NCBI GenBank assembly: GCA_047615545.1 | Contig: JBLHID010000001.1 | Coordinates: 8,586 to 72,585, forward strand | Direction: 5' to 3' | Source of the DNA: Polaribacter sp. | Lineage (GTDB): Bacteria; Pseudomonadota; Gammaproteobacteria; GCA-001735895 | Length of the DNA stretch: 64,000 nucleotides | Shown: one piece after another, positions 10,013 to 21,311 of the stretch | Numbering within the stretch: the stretch's first letter is position 1 | Layout of the letters: every line of letters begins with the position of its first letter | Notes under the pieces: model-generated | What the model was told of the DNA's origin: nothing | The model's input: only the letters and a program-made list of their open reading frames with translations | Database searches by the model: none | Position numbers and translations under genes: made by a program

Positions 10013-11464
10013 ATGCAATTATTAGTTATCCAGCGCATATTGGGGTTGTTGCTGGTCATTTTTAGTAGCACGTTATTACCCCCTATTGCCATCGAACTGT
10101 ATTATCAAGACGGCTCAGCACTGCCGTTTGTCGAGGCTTTCCTGTTAACTTTAATCTGTGGTATTTTGCTTTACTTGCCGGTTAAAAAACAGAAAAAGGA
10201 GTTAAGGCTGCGCGACGGGTTTTTGGTCGTGGTACTGTTCTGGACGGTTTTGGGTATCTTTGGTGGCCTACCGTTTTACTTGTCCGAAGCCGCTGATTTA
10301 TCAATTACCGATGCGGTTTTTGAGTCGATTTCAGGTCTAACCACGACGGGTGCAACCGTCATCGTCGGCTTAGACCAAATGCCACACTCGCTATTGTTTT
10401 ATCGACAGGAAATACAATGGCTGGGTGGCATGGGTATTATCGTACTCGCCGTTGCCGTACTGCCTATGCTGGGTATTGGTGGCATGCAGCTATTTCGGGC
10501 AGAAACCCCGGGGCCAGTGAAGGACAATAAACTCACACCGCGCATCACAGAAACAGCTAAGGCGCTTTGGTTTATTTACCTCGGCTTAACCGTAGCCTGT
10601 GGTATCGCCTACTGGGTAGCAGGCATGAGCTTGTTCGACGCTATCGCGCATGCTTTTTCGACTGTTTCGATAGGTGGGTTCTCGACACATGACGCGAGCA
10701 TAGGGTATTTCAATAATACCGCGATCGAATTGATCGCTGTTGTTTTTATGCTGTTATCTGGTATCAATTTCGCCATTCACTTTGGCGCTATTCGCAACCG
10801 AACATTGCGCCCCTATTGGCGTGATAGTGAATTTAGAGCCTATATCGGTGTACTGGCCGCAGTGAGTGTTATCACTATTGGCTATTTACAAATCAGTGGT
10901 ACTTTTACCTCGACGACAGAATCAATCGTCACCGGCTTATTTCAAGTCGTATCAATCGGCACTACAACGGGGTTCACGACAGCAGAATATTATTCATGGC
11001 CAAACTTCTTACCGGTGCTACTGCTTTATGTCAGCTTTATTGGAGGCTGTTCCGGCTCGACTGGTGGCGGCATTAAAGTGATTAGAATTCTTTTGCTGGT
11101 CAAACAAGGCGCCCGCGAATTGAAACGGCTTGTCCATCCAAACGCACAAATAGTCGTCAAAATTGGTAAAAAGCCATTACCCGAAAAAGTACTCGAAGCG
11201 GTCTGGGGTTTCTTCGCTGCCTATTTTGCAATATCTGCATTAATGATCCTGTTGCTCATGGCTTCAGGGTTAGATCAGGAAACAGCTTTTTCAGCAGTAG
11301 CCGCAAGCCTCAATAATTTAGGCCCAGGGCTTGGCGATGTCGGTCAAAACTTCGCTTCGATTAATGATTTTGCAAAGTGGGTTTTATGTCTGGCGATGTT
11401 GTTAGGGCGACTAGAAATATTTACCCTGCTGGTTCTGTTCACTCCCGCATTCTGGAGAAAATAA
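10013..11464 (+). CDS. trkH: Trk K+ uptake membrane subunit TrkH
   Basis: 483-aa polytopic membrane protein with TrkH selectivity-filter-like GxG repeats (TTTGATV, GGCSGSTGGGIKV). It is adjacent to trkA. Confidence 0.88.
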   Translation: MQLLVIQRILGLLLVIFSSTLLPPIAIELYYQDGSALPFVEAFLLTLICGILLYLPVKKQKKELRLRDGFLVVVLFWTVLGIFGGLPFYLSEAADLSITDAVFESISGLTTTGATVIVGLDQMPHSLLFYRQEIQWLGGMGIIVLAVAVLPMLGIGGMQLFRAETPGPVKDNKLTPRITETAKALWFIYLGLTVACGIAYWVAGMSLFDAIAHAFSTVSIGGFSTHDASIGYFNNTAIELIAVVFMLLSGINFAIHFGAIRNRTLRPYWRDSEFRAYIGVLAAVSVITIGYLQISGTFTSTTESIVTGLFQVVSIGTTTGFTTAEYYSWPNFLPVLLLYVSFIGGCSGSTGGGIKVIRILLLVKQGARELKRLVHPNAQIVVKIGKKPLPEKVLEAVWGFFAAYFAISALMILLLMASGLDQETAFSAVAASLNNLGPGLGDVGQNFASINDFAKWVLCLAMLLGRLEIFTLLVLFTPAFWRK

Positions 11465-11470
11465 TTTAAG

Positions 11471-12370
11471 ATGGCCACGAATATCACCAAAAACCTAAAT
11501 AAATCGACCAACCCGATACTGGCTAGGGCGCACAAGAAAATTCGTGCTCTGGTTGGTCGAGCGGTAAGCGATTTCAATATGATAGAACAGGGTGACCGCG
11601 TAATGGTATGCCTGTCAGGTGGAGCTGATAGTTATACGATGCTCGATATGCTGATGGGCTTGCAGCAAGCGGCCCCTATTCAATTTGACATCATAGCGGT
11701 CAACCTCGACCAAAAACAACCGGGCTTTCCTGAACACGTATTACCAGAGTATCTCGAAGCGCTCGGTGTTGATTATCGAGTGGTCGTGGAAGACACTTAT
11801 AGTATTGTAAAACGGTTGATACCGGAGGGTAAAACAACCTGCTCTCTGTGTTCTCGATTACGCAGAGGCGTGTTATACAACACCGCAGTTGAATTGGGTG
11901 CCACCAAAATTGCCTTGGGGCATCATGCAGATGATATGGTCGAAACTGCTTTTTTGAATATGTTTCATAACGGCCGTCTCAAGTCGATGCCACCCAAGCT
12001 GGTCAGTGATGACAAACGCAACGTGGTGATTCGGCCATTGGCTTACGTCAGAGAGAAACCGATCAAGGAATATGCAGCTTTAAGAGAGTTCCCCATTATT
12101 CCCTGCAACCTATGTGGCTCGCAGGAAAACCTACAACGTCAATCGGTAAAGGCAATGTTGAAACAATGGGATGAAACCAACCCAGGTCGTGTCCAAAACA
12201 TATTCAATGCACTAGGCCGCGTGACACCTTCACATCTACTCGATAATGGGCTGTTCGATTTTGCGAGTCTATCGATTGCCGATGCCGCTAACTTAGATGA
12301 ACTCGATACCGCATTTGATCCCGAAAAATTCGAGACATTGTTTAACGACATAAAAGTAGCTGTTCAGTAG
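11471..12370 (+). CDS. ttcA: tRNA 2-thiocytidine(32) synthetase TtcA
   Basis: 299 aa with PP-loop SGGADS and the Cys motifs [10 protein letters not shown] and [13 protein letters not shown]. Confidence 0.85.
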   Translation: MATNITKNLNKSTNPILARAHKKIRALVGRAVSDFNMIEQGDRVMVCLSGGADSYTMLDMLMGLQQAAPIQFDIIAVNLDQKQPGFPEHVLPEYLEALGVDYRVVVEDTYSIVKRLIPEGKTTCSLCSRLRRGVLYNTAVELGATKIALGHHADDMVETAFLNMFHNGRLKSMPPKLVSDDKRNVVIRPLAYVREKPIKEYAALREFPIIPCNLCGSQENLQRQSVKAMLKQWDETNPGRVQNIFNALGRVTPSHLLDNGLFDFASLSIADAANLDELDTAFDPEKFETLFNDIKVAVQ

Positions 12371-12682
12371 GATCTGAGCTGATATTGTTATGTGGGATAT
12401 TGACAGGTTGCTAAATAAAAAATCTGACCAAGAGGTCAAGGTGCCGGGATTCACCTTGTGAGTGAGTGCTTACATCCATCCCTGGGATGCGCGTCCATGC
12501 GCATCGATTGCTTCCTTGCCCGCCTTTCAATCCTTGAGACGTGAGGTCATATTGTCATGCCAGAAGTAGTATAGCTATCGCGAACAGAGCTACAAACTGT
12601 CAGTGCGGTAGGGATATGCAGGTAGGAAGAACCTTACTCATGATGGATTACCTAATGTATTCGAACTAAATCGGAGCGCCCA

Positions 12683-13627
12683 ATGCTATTTCCTGCGATC
12701 AAGTCCGCGAGCACGCGGCGGTTTCCTGTCTCTGATGAACATACTCTTTATCTGGAAGAGAGCGGCAACCCAGACGGCATACCGGTGGTGTTTTTACATG
12801 GTGGCCCAGGCGGTAGCTGTGATCCAAGCCACCGACGCTTTTTTGACCCTGAAAAATACCGCATTATTTTATTCGATCAACGCGGCTGCGGAAAATCAAA
12901 ACCACACGCCAACCTGGATAACAATACAACCTGGGACTTGGTCGCCGATCTGGAAAAAATCCGAGAGTTTCTGGAAATAGATCGTTGGGTCGTATTTGGT
13001 GGCTCATGGGGTTCGACGCTTGCACTAGCCTACGCCATAAACCATACCGACAAAGTTTTGGGTTTAATCTTGCGTGGTATCTTTTTAGCCCGAGAGACCG
13101 ACGTAGACTGGTTTTTTAGAGGTGGTGCAGCGAGAATTCTTCCAGAAGCTTGGGAGCGCTTTATCGCCCCCATTCCGTTAGCCGAACGTGATGATATTGT
13201 CGCTGCCTATTACAGTCGGCTAACCAGTGAGAACGAAATTGTTCGAATGGGGGCTGCGAAAGCATGGTCAATCTGGGAAGGGTCTTCGATCACTTTGATG
13301 CCCGACACTACAGTCGTCGAAGCTTTCAGTGAACCCCATTTTGCCTTGAGCATCGCCCGTATCGAATGTCACTATTTCATGAATCAAAGCTTCTTTGAGC
13401 CGAATTACTTGCTCGAAAATGCACACAAACTAAAAGATATACCCGGTTTTATAGTACATGGTCGATACGATATGGTTTGTCCGATTGATCAAGCGCTATT
13501 GCTGCACCAACACTGGCCAGGCAGTCAACTCCGAGTCATTAGCAATGCAGGGCATGCTGCATCAGAGCCCGGTATAAGCCACGCGTTAGTGGATAGCTGC
13601 AATAAAATGTCGGCGCTACTAGCATGA
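12683..13627 (+). CDS. pip: proline iminopeptidase (alpha/beta hydrolase)
   Basis: 314 aa with an HGGPGG oxyanion region, the nucleophile elbow GGSWGSTLALAYA and a C-terminal His. Confidence 0.85.
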   Translation: MLFPAIKSASTRRFPVSDEHTLYLEESGNPDGIPVVFLHGGPGGSCDPSHRRFFDPEKYRIILFDQRGCGKSKPHANLDNNTTWDLVADLEKIREFLEIDRWVVFGGSWGSTLALAYAINHTDKVLGLILRGIFLARETDVDWFFRGGAARILPEAWERFIAPIPLAERDDIVAAYYSRLTSENEIVRMGAAKAWSIWEGSSITLMPDTTVVEAFSEPHFALSIARIECHYFMNQSFFEPNYLLENAHKLKDIPGFIVHGRYDMVCPIDQALLLHQHWPGSQLRVISNAGHAASEPGISHALVDSCNKMSALLA

Positions 13628-14058
13628 TCGCGCTCTTGCAGCGAGTACGAAAAGCCAGTGTCAAAGTCGATGACGATTGCATAGGCCGAATCGACCAAGG
13701 TATTTTGGCCTTGATCGGTGTTCAGCCAGAGGACGATGATGCCCTACTGCGTCTTTTTGTAACACGCATTTTGAACTATCGCATGTTTTCTGATGTTGAT
13801 GGCAAAATGAATTTGTCGTTAGTCGATACTCAAGGTGGGTTATTGCTAGTGCCGCAGTTCACACTGGCAGCGAATACCCGCAAAGGTCGCCGGCCTAGCT
13901 TTACCTCAGCCGCCACTCCACAACATGGCGAAAAAATATTCCACGCAATGGTTGATGTCGCGAGAAGCTGTTATAACACAGTTGAAAGCGGTCAATTTGG
14001 CGCAGATATGCAGGTTGAATTGATCAACGATGGGCCTGTGACTTTTGTGCTCGACTAA
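13624..14058 (+). CDS. dtd: D-aminoacyl-tRNA deacylase
   Basis: 144 aa with the MIALLQRV N-terminus and SQFTL-like motif typical of Dtd. Confidence 0.9.
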   Translation: MIALLQRVRKASVKVDDDCIGRIDQGILALIGVQPEDDDALLRLFVTRILNYRMFSDVDGKMNLSLVDTQGGLLLVPQFTLAANTRKGRRPSFTSAATPQHGEKIFHAMVDVARSCYNTVESGQFGADMQVELINDGPVTFVLD

Positions 14059-14161
14059 GTTACTGAGTTAAACACGGTTGATTTATGTTGTTTAAAGGTC
14101 GAATTTAGAGCGAATGTCGATTATTATCTGCGTCCTCTTTCGATCCTAAAAAAGTCAACAT

Positions 14162-14755
14162 ATGTCAGACCGCATCGCTACCGTTACAAGAGACACGTTA
14201 GAAACTCAAATCAGTGTATCCATTAATTTGGATGGAACAGGTAAATCTAGTTTCAACACAGGCATTCCATTTTTCGAGCACATGCTGGATCAGATAGCCC
14301 GTCATGGCATGATTGACTTAGATGTGAAGGCAAATGGTGATATTCATATTGATGATCACCATACAGTTGAAGATGTTGGTATCGCGTTAGGTCGAGCATT
14401 TAAGGAAGCGCTTGGCGATAAAAAAGGCATCTTGCGTTATGGTCATGCTTATGTGCCATTAGACGAAGCGCTTTCCCGAGTGGTTATCGACTTTTCTGGG
14501 CGACCTGGTATCGAGTATCGTGTTGAATATCCACGAGCGCGTATTGGTCAGTTCGATGTCGATTTAATTCACGAGTTTTTCCAGGGCTTTGCCAATCATG
14601 CGCCAGCCACGCTACATATCGATAACCTGCATGGCAACAATGCGCATCATGTTGCCGAGACTGTTTTCAAAGCATTTGGTCGAGCAGTTCGCTATGCGGT
14701 ATCTGCGGATGAGCGCATGGCTGGTGTGATTCCATCGACTAAAGGCGTGTTGTAG
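14162..14755 (+). CDS. hisB: imidazoleglycerol-phosphate dehydratase
   Basis: 197 aa with the IGPD metal-binding motifs ([19 protein letters not shown]). Confidence 0.92.
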   Translation: MSDRIATVTRDTLETQISVSINLDGTGKSSFNTGIPFFEHMLDQIARHGMIDLDVKANGDIHIDDHHTVEDVGIALGRAFKEALGDKKGILRYGHAYVPLDEALSRVVIDFSGRPGIEYRVEYPRARIGQFDVDLIHEFFQGFANHAPATLHIDNLHGNNAHHVAETVFKAFGRAVRYAVSADERMAGVIPSTKGVL

Positions 14756-14758
14756 TCG

Positions 14759-15406
14759 ATGCAAACGATTGCCGTTGTCGACTATGGCATGGGTAATCTG
14801 CGATCTGTAGTCAATGCGCTTGAACATGTTTCGGGTAAGCAGCAACAGGTTGTACTCACCTCCAGTCCAGATGAAGTGATGAAGGCCGACCGTGTTGTAT
14901 TCCCGGGTCAAGGTGCTGCCCGTGACTGTATGAAAGCGATTCAGAATTACGAGTTGCGTGACACCATTTTGGCTGCTGCTGAACAAAAGCCTTTTCTGGG
15001 TATCTGCATGGGTATGCAGGTTTTAATCGACACTAGTGAAGAGAATGAGGGGACTGATTGCCTGTCGCTTTATACCGGTAAGGTCAAATATTTTGGCGAT
15101 TTGCACCAAGACACTGCCGGTAATAAATTAAAAGTGCCGCACATGGGCTGGAATAATCTAAGTCAAACGAAAGCTCACCCACTGTGGCATGGGATAGAAG
15201 AGTGTGCTCGATTCTATTTTGTGCATAGCTACTACCTTGAGTGTGCAGATAAACAGTTAATTGCCGGTGAGTGCGACTATGGCTTCACTTTTACCAGTGC
15301 GATAGCCAAAGATAATGTATTTGCTCTGCAATGCCACCCTGAAAAGAGTGCTGAAGCAGGGCTTCAATTACTCACAAATTTTGTCGAATGGGACGGACAA
15401 GCATGA
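14759..15406 (+). CDS. hisH: imidazole glycerol phosphate synthase glutaminase subunit HisH
   Basis: 215 aa class-I amidotransferase with GICMGMQ and a C-terminal HPE. Confidence 0.92.
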   Translation: MQTIAVVDYGMGNLRSVVNALEHVSGKQQQVVLTSSPDEVMKADRVVFPGQGAARDCMKAIQNYELRDTILAAAEQKPFLGICMGMQVLIDTSEENEGTDCLSLYTGKVKYFGDLHQDTAGNKLKVPHMGWNNLSQTKAHPLWHGIEECARFYFVHSYYLECADKQLIAGECDYGFTFTSAIAKDNVFALQCHPEKSAEAGLQLLTNFVEWDGQA

Positions 15407-16134
15407 ATTTAATTCCAGCAATCGATTTGAAGCAGGGGCAATGCGTTCGTCTGCGTCAGGGTCGTATGGAAGATAGTACGGTTTTCTCTGATGATCCGGT
15501 GGCAATGGCCAGCAAGTGGGTATTGCAGGGTTGCAAGCGTCTGCACCTAGTTGATTTGGATGGCGCATTCGAAGGTAAGCCTGTCAATGCGGATGCTATC
15601 GAAGCCATTTCTGTGGCGCATCCTAATTTACCCATTCAAATTGGTGGTGGAATCCGCACCATTGAAACTGCGGCGGCCTATATAGAAGTCGGCGTGAGTT
15701 ACGTGATTATAGGCACCCAGGCTGTCAAGAATCCTGATTTTGTCACCAAACTATGTATCGAGTTTCCTGGTAAGGTGATTGTCGGTATCGATGCAAAGGA
15801 TGGCATGGTCGCGGTGCAGGGGTGGGCGGAAAACTCTGAGCAGTCTGCCGAAGATCTAGCGAAAAAATTCGAAGATCAAGGCGTATCTTCAATTGTATAC
15901 ACCGATATCAGCCGCGATGGCATGATGCAAGGTGTTAATGTCGAAGCTACGAGTCAGCTGGCATCTGCCATTAGCATTCCGGTCATCGCCTCGGGCGGTG
16001 TGACAGATATGAATGATATTATCAGGCTGAATGAAGCGAAGCACGCTGGTATTGAAGGCGTGATTATTGGCCGAGCTTTATATGAAAACACTATTAGCCT
16101 AGTGCAGGCTCAGCAATACATTGACCAGAACTAA
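15403..16134 (+). CDS. hisA: ProFAR isomerase HisA
   Basis: The ATG overlapping the hisH stop (ATGA) starts [17 protein letters not shown], a (beta/alpha)8 HisA. The ORF-track start at 15388 is probably 15 nt too early. Confidence 0.9.
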   Translation: MNLIPAIDLKQGQCVRLRQGRMEDSTVFSDDPVAMASKWVLQGCKRLHLVDLDGAFEGKPVNADAIEAISVAHPNLPIQIGGGIRTIETAAAYIEVGVSYVIIGTQAVKNPDFVTKLCIEFPGKVIVGIDAKDGMVAVQGWAENSEQSAEDLAKKFEDQGVSSIVYTDISRDGMMQGVNVEATSQLASAISIPVIASGGVTDMNDIIRLNEAKHAGIEGVIIGRALYENTISLVQAQQYIDQN

Positions 16135-16189
16135 TCGATCTGAACTACACGATTGACAGCCAAAACTAAACTCATCATCTAAATTACTC

Positions 16190-16963
16190 ATGCCTTTAGC
16201 CAAAAGAATTATTCCATGCCTCGACGTTGATAACGGTCGAGTCGTGAAGGGTGTTAAGTTTGTCGAGATACGAGATGCTGGCGATCCGGTTGAGAATGCT
16301 CGACGTTATAACCTGGAAGGTGCCGACGAAATTACCTTTCTGGACATTACTGCGACCTCGGATAATCGAGACACGATGGCGCATCTTGTTCAGGCTGTGG
16401 CGAGTGAAGTGTTTATCCCGCTCACCGTGGGCGGTGGTATCCGCGAAGTCGCTGATATACGTCGAATGCTCAATGCCGGTGCTGATAAAGTCAGTATTAA
16501 CAGCGCCGCTATATTCAACCCCGAATTCGTACAAGAAGCCGCACAGAAATTTGGATCGCAATGTATTGTAGTGGCGATAGATGCAAAAAAAGTAAGCCAG
16601 CCAGACGAGGTTGATCGATGGGAGATATTCACCCACGGCGGCCGAAAAGAAACTGGAATCGATGCAGTTGCGTGGGCAGCCAAAATGGATTTATTTGGAG
16701 CTGGAGAAATCCTCCTAACCAGCATGGATCGAGACGGTACCAAAATTGGATTTGATACCGACTTAACCAGCCAAGTGTCCGAAGCGGTTCGAGTGCCTGT
16801 AATCGCGTCAGGCGGGGTCGGCAATCTGGATCATCTAGTCGATGGCGTTCTAAAGGGTAAGGCCGATGCTGTATTAGCCGCGAGTATTTTTCACTTTGGC
16901 GAATACCGAATAGAGCAGGCCAAAGCCTATATGCAGCAGAAAGGTATCGAGGTACGTCTCTAA
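16190..16963 (+). CDS. hisF: imidazole glycerol phosphate synthase cyclase subunit HisF
   Basis: 257 aa starting [15 protein letters not shown], which is HisF. Confidence 0.92.
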   Translation: MPLAKRIIPCLDVDNGRVVKGVKFVEIRDAGDPVENARRYNLEGADEITFLDITATSDNRDTMAHLVQAVASEVFIPLTVGGGIREVADIRRMLNAGADKVSINSAAIFNPEFVQEAAQKFGSQCIVVAIDAKKVSQPDEVDRWEIFTHGGRKETGIDAVAWAAKMDLFGAGEILLTSMDRDGTKIGFDTDLTSQVSEAVRVPVIASGGVGNLDHLVDGVLKGKADAVLAASIFHFGEYRIEQAKAYMQQKGIEVRL

Positions 16964-17346
16964 TGGAAAGCTGGCTGAATGATGTCAAATGGGATGACAG
17001 CGGATTAGCGCCCGCAATAGCTCAAGATGCGACCAGCGGCGAGATTTTAATGATGGCTTGGATGAATGTTGAAGCTCTGGCATTAACACAACAGCATCAA
17101 CGTGCAGTCTATTGGTCTCGTTCACGCAGCAAATTGTGGTTTAAGGGTGAAGAATCAGGCCATGTCCAAACCCTAGAAGAGATCCGTATTGATTGTGATG
17201 CTGATGTTATTTTACTTAAAGTGAAGCAAGTCGGTGGTATTGCTTGCCACACGGGTCGTCGACACTGTTTTTTTCGCGTTTTAAACAACGGGCAATGGCA
17301 AATCGACGAAGAAATAGTTAAAAATCCTGACGAGATTTATCAATGA
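16963..17346 (+). CDS. hisI: phosphoribosyl-AMP cyclohydrolase
   Basis: 127 aa with the HisI Cys/His motif ([26 protein letters not shown]). Confidence 0.88.
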   Translation: MESWLNDVKWDDSGLAPAIAQDATSGEILMMAWMNVEALALTQQHQRAVYWSRSRSKLWFKGEESGHVQTLEEIRIDCDADVILLKVKQVGGIACHTGRRHCFFRVLNNGQWQIDEEIVKNPDEIYQ

Positions 17347-17663
17347 GTGATGATACACTAACGCGCTTGATGGCAATTCTGGAATCAAGAAAAGGTGGGG
17401 ATCCATCTACCTCCTATGTCGCGAAATTATACGATCAGGGGATAGACACCATATTAAAGAAGCTTGGTGAAGAGTCTGTAGAAACTATCATTGCTGCGAA
17501 GTCGGGTAATAAAGAGCAGATAATTTATGAAACAGCCGACTTGTGGTTTCATAGTTTGGTTTTACTCGCACAACAAAATTTGTCTGCACAGCAGGTTCTT
17601 GATGAGCTTGATAGGCGTTTCGGCCTGTCCGGTATCGACGAAAAAGCTGCGCGACCTAAGTAA
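17343..17663 (+). CDS. hisE: phosphoribosyl-ATP pyrophosphatase
   Basis: 106-aa MazG-like HisE ([18 protein letters not shown]-like). It overlaps the hisI stop. Confidence 0.85.
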   Translation: MSDDTLTRLMAILESRKGGDPSTSYVAKLYDQGIDTILKKLGEESVETIIAAKSGNKEQIIYETADLWFHSLVLLAQQNLSAQQVLDELDRRFGLSGIDEKAARPK

Positions 17664-17718
17664 TCGAAGTAAAGTAATCGAAGCAAAATAACAGAATTAA
17701 AGCAATAGAGGTGTAAAG

Positions 17719-17946
17719 ATGGGTTTTGGTGGAATTAGTATTTGGTCATTGTTATTAGTTTTAGCAATCGTGATTTTGTTATTCGGCACTAAAAAACTAC
17801 GCAATGTCGGTGGTGATTTAGGCGGGGCAATCAAAAACTTTAAAAAATCGGTAAAAGATCAAGAGTCTGCCAGCACTGAAGAAACAGTCGCTGAAGATCA
17901 GGTTATTGAGGGAAAAGTTACCGAAGAGAAAGATAAAGCCTCTTAA
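17719..17946 (+). CDS. tatA: Sec-independent translocase TatA
   Basis: 75 aa with a single TM, the hinge [10 protein letters not shown] and an amphipathic helix. Confidence 0.88.
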   Translation: MGFGGISIWSLLLVLAIVILLFGTKKLRNVGGDLGGAIKNFKKSVKDQESASTEETVAEDQVIEGKVTEEKDKAS

Positions 17947-18058
17947 TTTATAAAAGGCCGTCAACTTTATTCGTGGTAGGTTAACCCTGTGTGTCTAAAG
18001 GTTGATCAGCTGTGAGTTTTTTTTCAATTGCTATCACATTCATAGTTAGAGTTTCCTA

Positions 18059-18550
18059 ATGTTTGACATGGGTTTTACCGAAGTTGTGCTAATCGGCGTT
18101 GTTGCGTTGGTCGTTATTGGGCCTGAACGCTTGCCCGGAGTGGCGATTACCGTAGGCAAGTATGTGGGTCGACTAAAACGCTTCATGACTAATGTTCGAG
18201 CCGATGTGGAAAGTGAATTAAAAACCGATGAAATTCGTAAGTTGCTCGCTTCGCAACAGGAAGAGTTGAGTTCACTAAAGGATGCCGTTAGTGGAGCCAG
18301 AAAAGACTTTGATATGTCGGACGTTGCAAAATCGATAGACGAATCAGTGTCTGATGTGACGGGTACGGGTACATCTCCAGCTCAAACGCCAGTCGAACAA
18401 GATGCGGCTTTAGAGCAGAGCGAGGATTGGATACCACCTTGGACTCAACCCGAGGCAGAAACGACATCGAAAGAAAATACCGACGCAGAATCAGCGTCGA
18501 CAGGAGCCTCTCCAGAGGTTATGCCAGAGAAGAGCAAGAGTGCATCATGA
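18059..18550 (+). CDS. tatB: Sec-independent translocase TatB
   Basis: 163 aa, MFDMGFTEVVLIGVVALVVIGPERLP with an acidic C-tail. Confidence 0.88.
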   Translation: MFDMGFTEVVLIGVVALVVIGPERLPGVAITVGKYVGRLKRFMTNVRADVESELKTDEIRKLLASQQEELSSLKDAVSGARKDFDMSDVAKSIDESVSDVTGTGTSPAQTPVEQDAALEQSEDWIPPWTQPEAETTSKENTDAESASTGASPEVMPEKSKSAS

Positions 18551-19398
18551 CTGAGTCAGCAAGTGAGTTAGGTAGCGGCAACTTGATGTCGCATCTGGTT
18601 GAGCTGCGTGATCGAGTGATGCGCATGGTGATCGCCATTCTAGCGATATTCCTCTGTTTGTTTTACTGGGCTAACGATATCTATACCTATCTTGCAGTGC
18701 CCTTGACCAGCCACATGCCAGAAGGCTCAACGATGATAGCAATTGACGTTGCTTCGCCATTTTTAACGCCTTTCAAACTGGTGTTAATGTTGTCAATATT
18801 CCTCGCAATGCCAGTTATTTTATATCAATTTTGGGCCTTCGTTGCACCAGGTTTGTATAAGACTGAAAAACGTATCGCAGGACCATTATTGATATCGAGC
18901 ATCCTATTGTTTTATGCCGGTATAGCCTTTGCGTATTACGTCGTATTCCCTCTGGTGTTTGGTTTTTTTACTTCGGTTGGCCCCGAAATGATCAGCATTT
19001 CGACAGATATAGGCCGCTACCTTGATTTTGTGTTGTCGTTATTTTTTGGATTTGGATTGGCTTTCGAAGTGCCTATAGCCACTATTATTTTAGTCGCCGT
19101 TGGCATTACTACACCTAAAAAACTTGGGCAAATGCGGCCCTACGTAATTGTCGGTGCCTTCGTCATTGGTATGCTTTTGACACCACCTGATATTATTTCT
19201 CAAGTCCTTTTGGCTGTGCCAATGTGGATATTATTCGAAGCAGGGCTCATCGCAGCTACTATTATGTTCAAAGATCGAAACATGGATTCAGCTGACGATG
19301 ATGAAGAACTAGATGAAACCGAACTTGATATCCCTGATGGGGACCTTACTCCAAGCAGTGATGACAAGTCTGATAGTTCGGATAACAATCAAAACTAA
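18547..19398 (+). CDS. tatC: Sec-independent translocase TatC
   Basis: A six-TM protein. The likely start is the ATG overlapping the tatB stop (MTESASE..HLVELRDRV); the ORF-track start at 18427 is an upstream in-frame extension. Confidence 0.88.
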   Translation: MTESASELGSGNLMSHLVELRDRVMRMVIAILAIFLCLFYWANDIYTYLAVPLTSHMPEGSTMIAIDVASPFLTPFKLVLMLSIFLAMPVILYQFWAFVAPGLYKTEKRIAGPLLISSILLFYAGIAFAYYVVFPLVFGFFTSVGPEMISISTDIGRYLDFVLSLFFGFGLAFEVPIATIILVAVGITTPKKLGQMRPYVIVGAFVIGMLLTPPDIISQVLLAVPMWILFEAGLIAATIMFKDRNMDSADDDEELDETELDIPDGDLTPSSDDKSDSSDNNQN

Positions 19399-19544
19399 GG
19401 TGATAGCCTTAATAGGTTAAGCTCAGCCCCTACCGTTCATCTGACAATTGGCACCGTTTATGTGTTTAGTAGCTGGTGGTCGACGCAGGTTGTGTAGGTT
19501 TCACTATAATCTTTAGCTGTCTAGCGCAGCTTAGTTGGTTACTC

Positions 19545-19811
19545 ATGGATATTTCAGGTTCTGTCAAATCTCCGCAGATTTTACCATCTGCAACGAATAG
19601 TGCGGTCGAAGGTATCAATACTCAACAGCAACTGTTGGAACGAAATGTAGAGCAAGTTGCCGAAGGCCAAGGCGCTGACGCTCGAAATACTAATTCACAA
19701 GACAGGGCATTAGTCGAGCAGCAGCAGATTGTGACAGCCGTACAGGCCAATGCCAGATCTCTTGAGGCCGCTAATGAACGATTAGGTACGGTGATCGATA
19801 TCAAAACCTAG
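19545..19811 (+). CDS. small hypothetical protein (~88 aa, Gln/Ala-rich, possibly YjfB-like)
   Basis: An internal ATG (MDISGSVKSP...) is the likely start of the 111-aa ORF. The product is low-complexity and Q-rich, with no recognisable catalytic motif. Confidence 0.3.
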   Translation: MDISGSVKSPQILPSATNSAVEGINTQQQLLERNVEQVAEGQGADARNTNSQDRALVEQQQIVTAVQANARSLEAANERLGTVIDIKT

Positions 19812-20139
19812 AGTTCTAGACTTAAATTCACCCAGCCTACAAAATACACCCACGCCCACGCTAGCACCCATCCAAATCAGAGACGCAAATACCCGCATAC
19901 TCATAATGGTGTGCCCCAAGTCTTTGTGACAGAATTCATTCGATGTTTCTGGTTTTTTTACATTGTCTAGATGATAATCATTTCACCTCGTCGAGACATC
20001 AATCTTTTAAAATCATTAAGTTATATTAGTTTCATTTCCTATTTGGGAGCCTGAGATTTGAGATGGTTTTTGATGAATCCATTTAATTTGCGTAATTTAT
20101 ATTTTCATAAAAAGGGAAATTGTAAGGGAGATTTTAGTA

Positions 20140-20904
20140 GTGTTCATGACAAAACGACAAAGTAGTATTCTTGATTTGCTAAAGAATAATGGACAGGTTC
20201 TGGTTGACGAGCTTGTTGATAAGTTTGGCGTGACTCCACAAACTATTCGTACGGATCTAAATGATCTTAGCAAGGCTAATAAAATTGTTAGGGTCCATGG
20301 TGGGGCCCGATTGATGGCTGGCCGAGAGAACGTAGAGTATGAGGCTAGACGTCAGATTGCAGCGTCTCAGAAAGTACTTATTGGAAGAGCTGCATCTAAG
20401 ATCATTCCTGATAATGCGTCTCTTTTTATTAATATAGGTACGACTACAGAGGCGTTTAGCGATGCCCTTATTGATCACAAGGGTCTAATGGTAATTACTA
20501 ACAATATTAATGTTGCCAGTAGATTAAGATTGTTTAGGGATAATGAAGTTATCATCACAGGTGGGGTTGTTAGGCCTTCAGACGGAGGTATTGTTGGTGA
20601 GGCTGCGGTTGATTTTATTGGAAATTTCAAGGTTGACTACGCTATTATAGGCTCTTCTGCGATAGACTCTGACGGATCACTGCTGGATTTTGACTTCCGC
20701 GAAGTAAAGGTTGCTCAAGCTATTATTAAAAATGCCCGTCACGTTATATTACTAGCTGACTCCACGAAATTAGGACGTAGTGCACCAGTTAGAATTGGTC
20801 ATATTTCGCAGGTTAATACATTTATTACAGATATCATCGATGACGATGATTTTCGTGAAGTATGCATAAATGCTGAGATTAGAGTCATAGAGGTTCAAGT
20901 TTGA
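20140..20904 (+). CDS. glpR: DeoR-family glycerol-3-phosphate regulon repressor
   Basis: 254 aa with an N-terminal DeoR HTH (RQSSILDLLKNNGQVLVDELVDKFGVTPQTIRTDL) and a sugar-phosphate-binding C-domain. It is the first gene of the glp locus. The start is a GTG with an SD (AGGGAG) 9 nt upstream. Confidence 0.8.
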   Translation: MFMTKRQSSILDLLKNNGQVLVDELVDKFGVTPQTIRTDLNDLSKANKIVRVHGGARLMAGRENVEYEARRQIAASQKVLIGRAASKIIPDNASLFINIGTTTEAFSDALIDHKGLMVITNNINVASRLRLFRDNEVIITGGVVRPSDGGIVGEAAVDFIGNFKVDYAIIGSSAIDSDGSLLDFDFREVKVAQAIIKNARHVILLADSTKLGRSAPVRIGHISQVNTFITDIIDDDDFREVCINAEIRVIEVQV

Positions 20905-21148
20905 ATTGAAACTGTAATCGTAATAGGCACCAAAATTCCTATATAGACATCCTTAAAAAGCGTTAGTTATACAGTGGTTTGCCCACATAAGCCCGTCACC
21001 CATTGCGTTCTACATAGCACAATCCTCAAATAATCAAATAGAGCCTGCAGGATGCATCCGCCAGAAAAATCGGAATAGTACCAATAGCTCAAAAAAGAAG
21101 TCCACTTCAATAGAATTGATTGTTTAATCCTAGCTGCAATGCGTATAT

Positions 21149-21267
21149 TTTTTGAAAAGATCTTCTCTTATGGCTAAATTTTGCTGCATCAAATTCAGAC
21201 CGATGGATTTTGGAATTTCTTTCGTTTGACATTCGGTTAATTTTCGATTACTTTCTTTTTGAAAAGA
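21149..21267. promoter_or_regulatory. two copies of the 12-mer TTTTTGAAAAGA (21149-21160 and 21256-21267) in the glpR-glpD intergenic region
   Basis: An exact 12-nt direct repeat lies 107 bp apart, the second copy ~45 bp upstream of the glpD start. These are candidate operator or promoter elements for the DeoR-type repressor. Confidence 0.3.
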
Positions 21268-21311
21268 ACTGAGCTCATCAGCAATAATTATACTATTTCT
21301 TAGGGGGAGCA

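Noticed and set aside
17947-18058. 112-bp tatA-tatB spacer with a T8 run
   Set aside because: The T-run is preceded only by a 6-bp self-complementary CAGCTG, not a real stem. It is probably just a spacer. tatA-tatB spacers are commonly this size.
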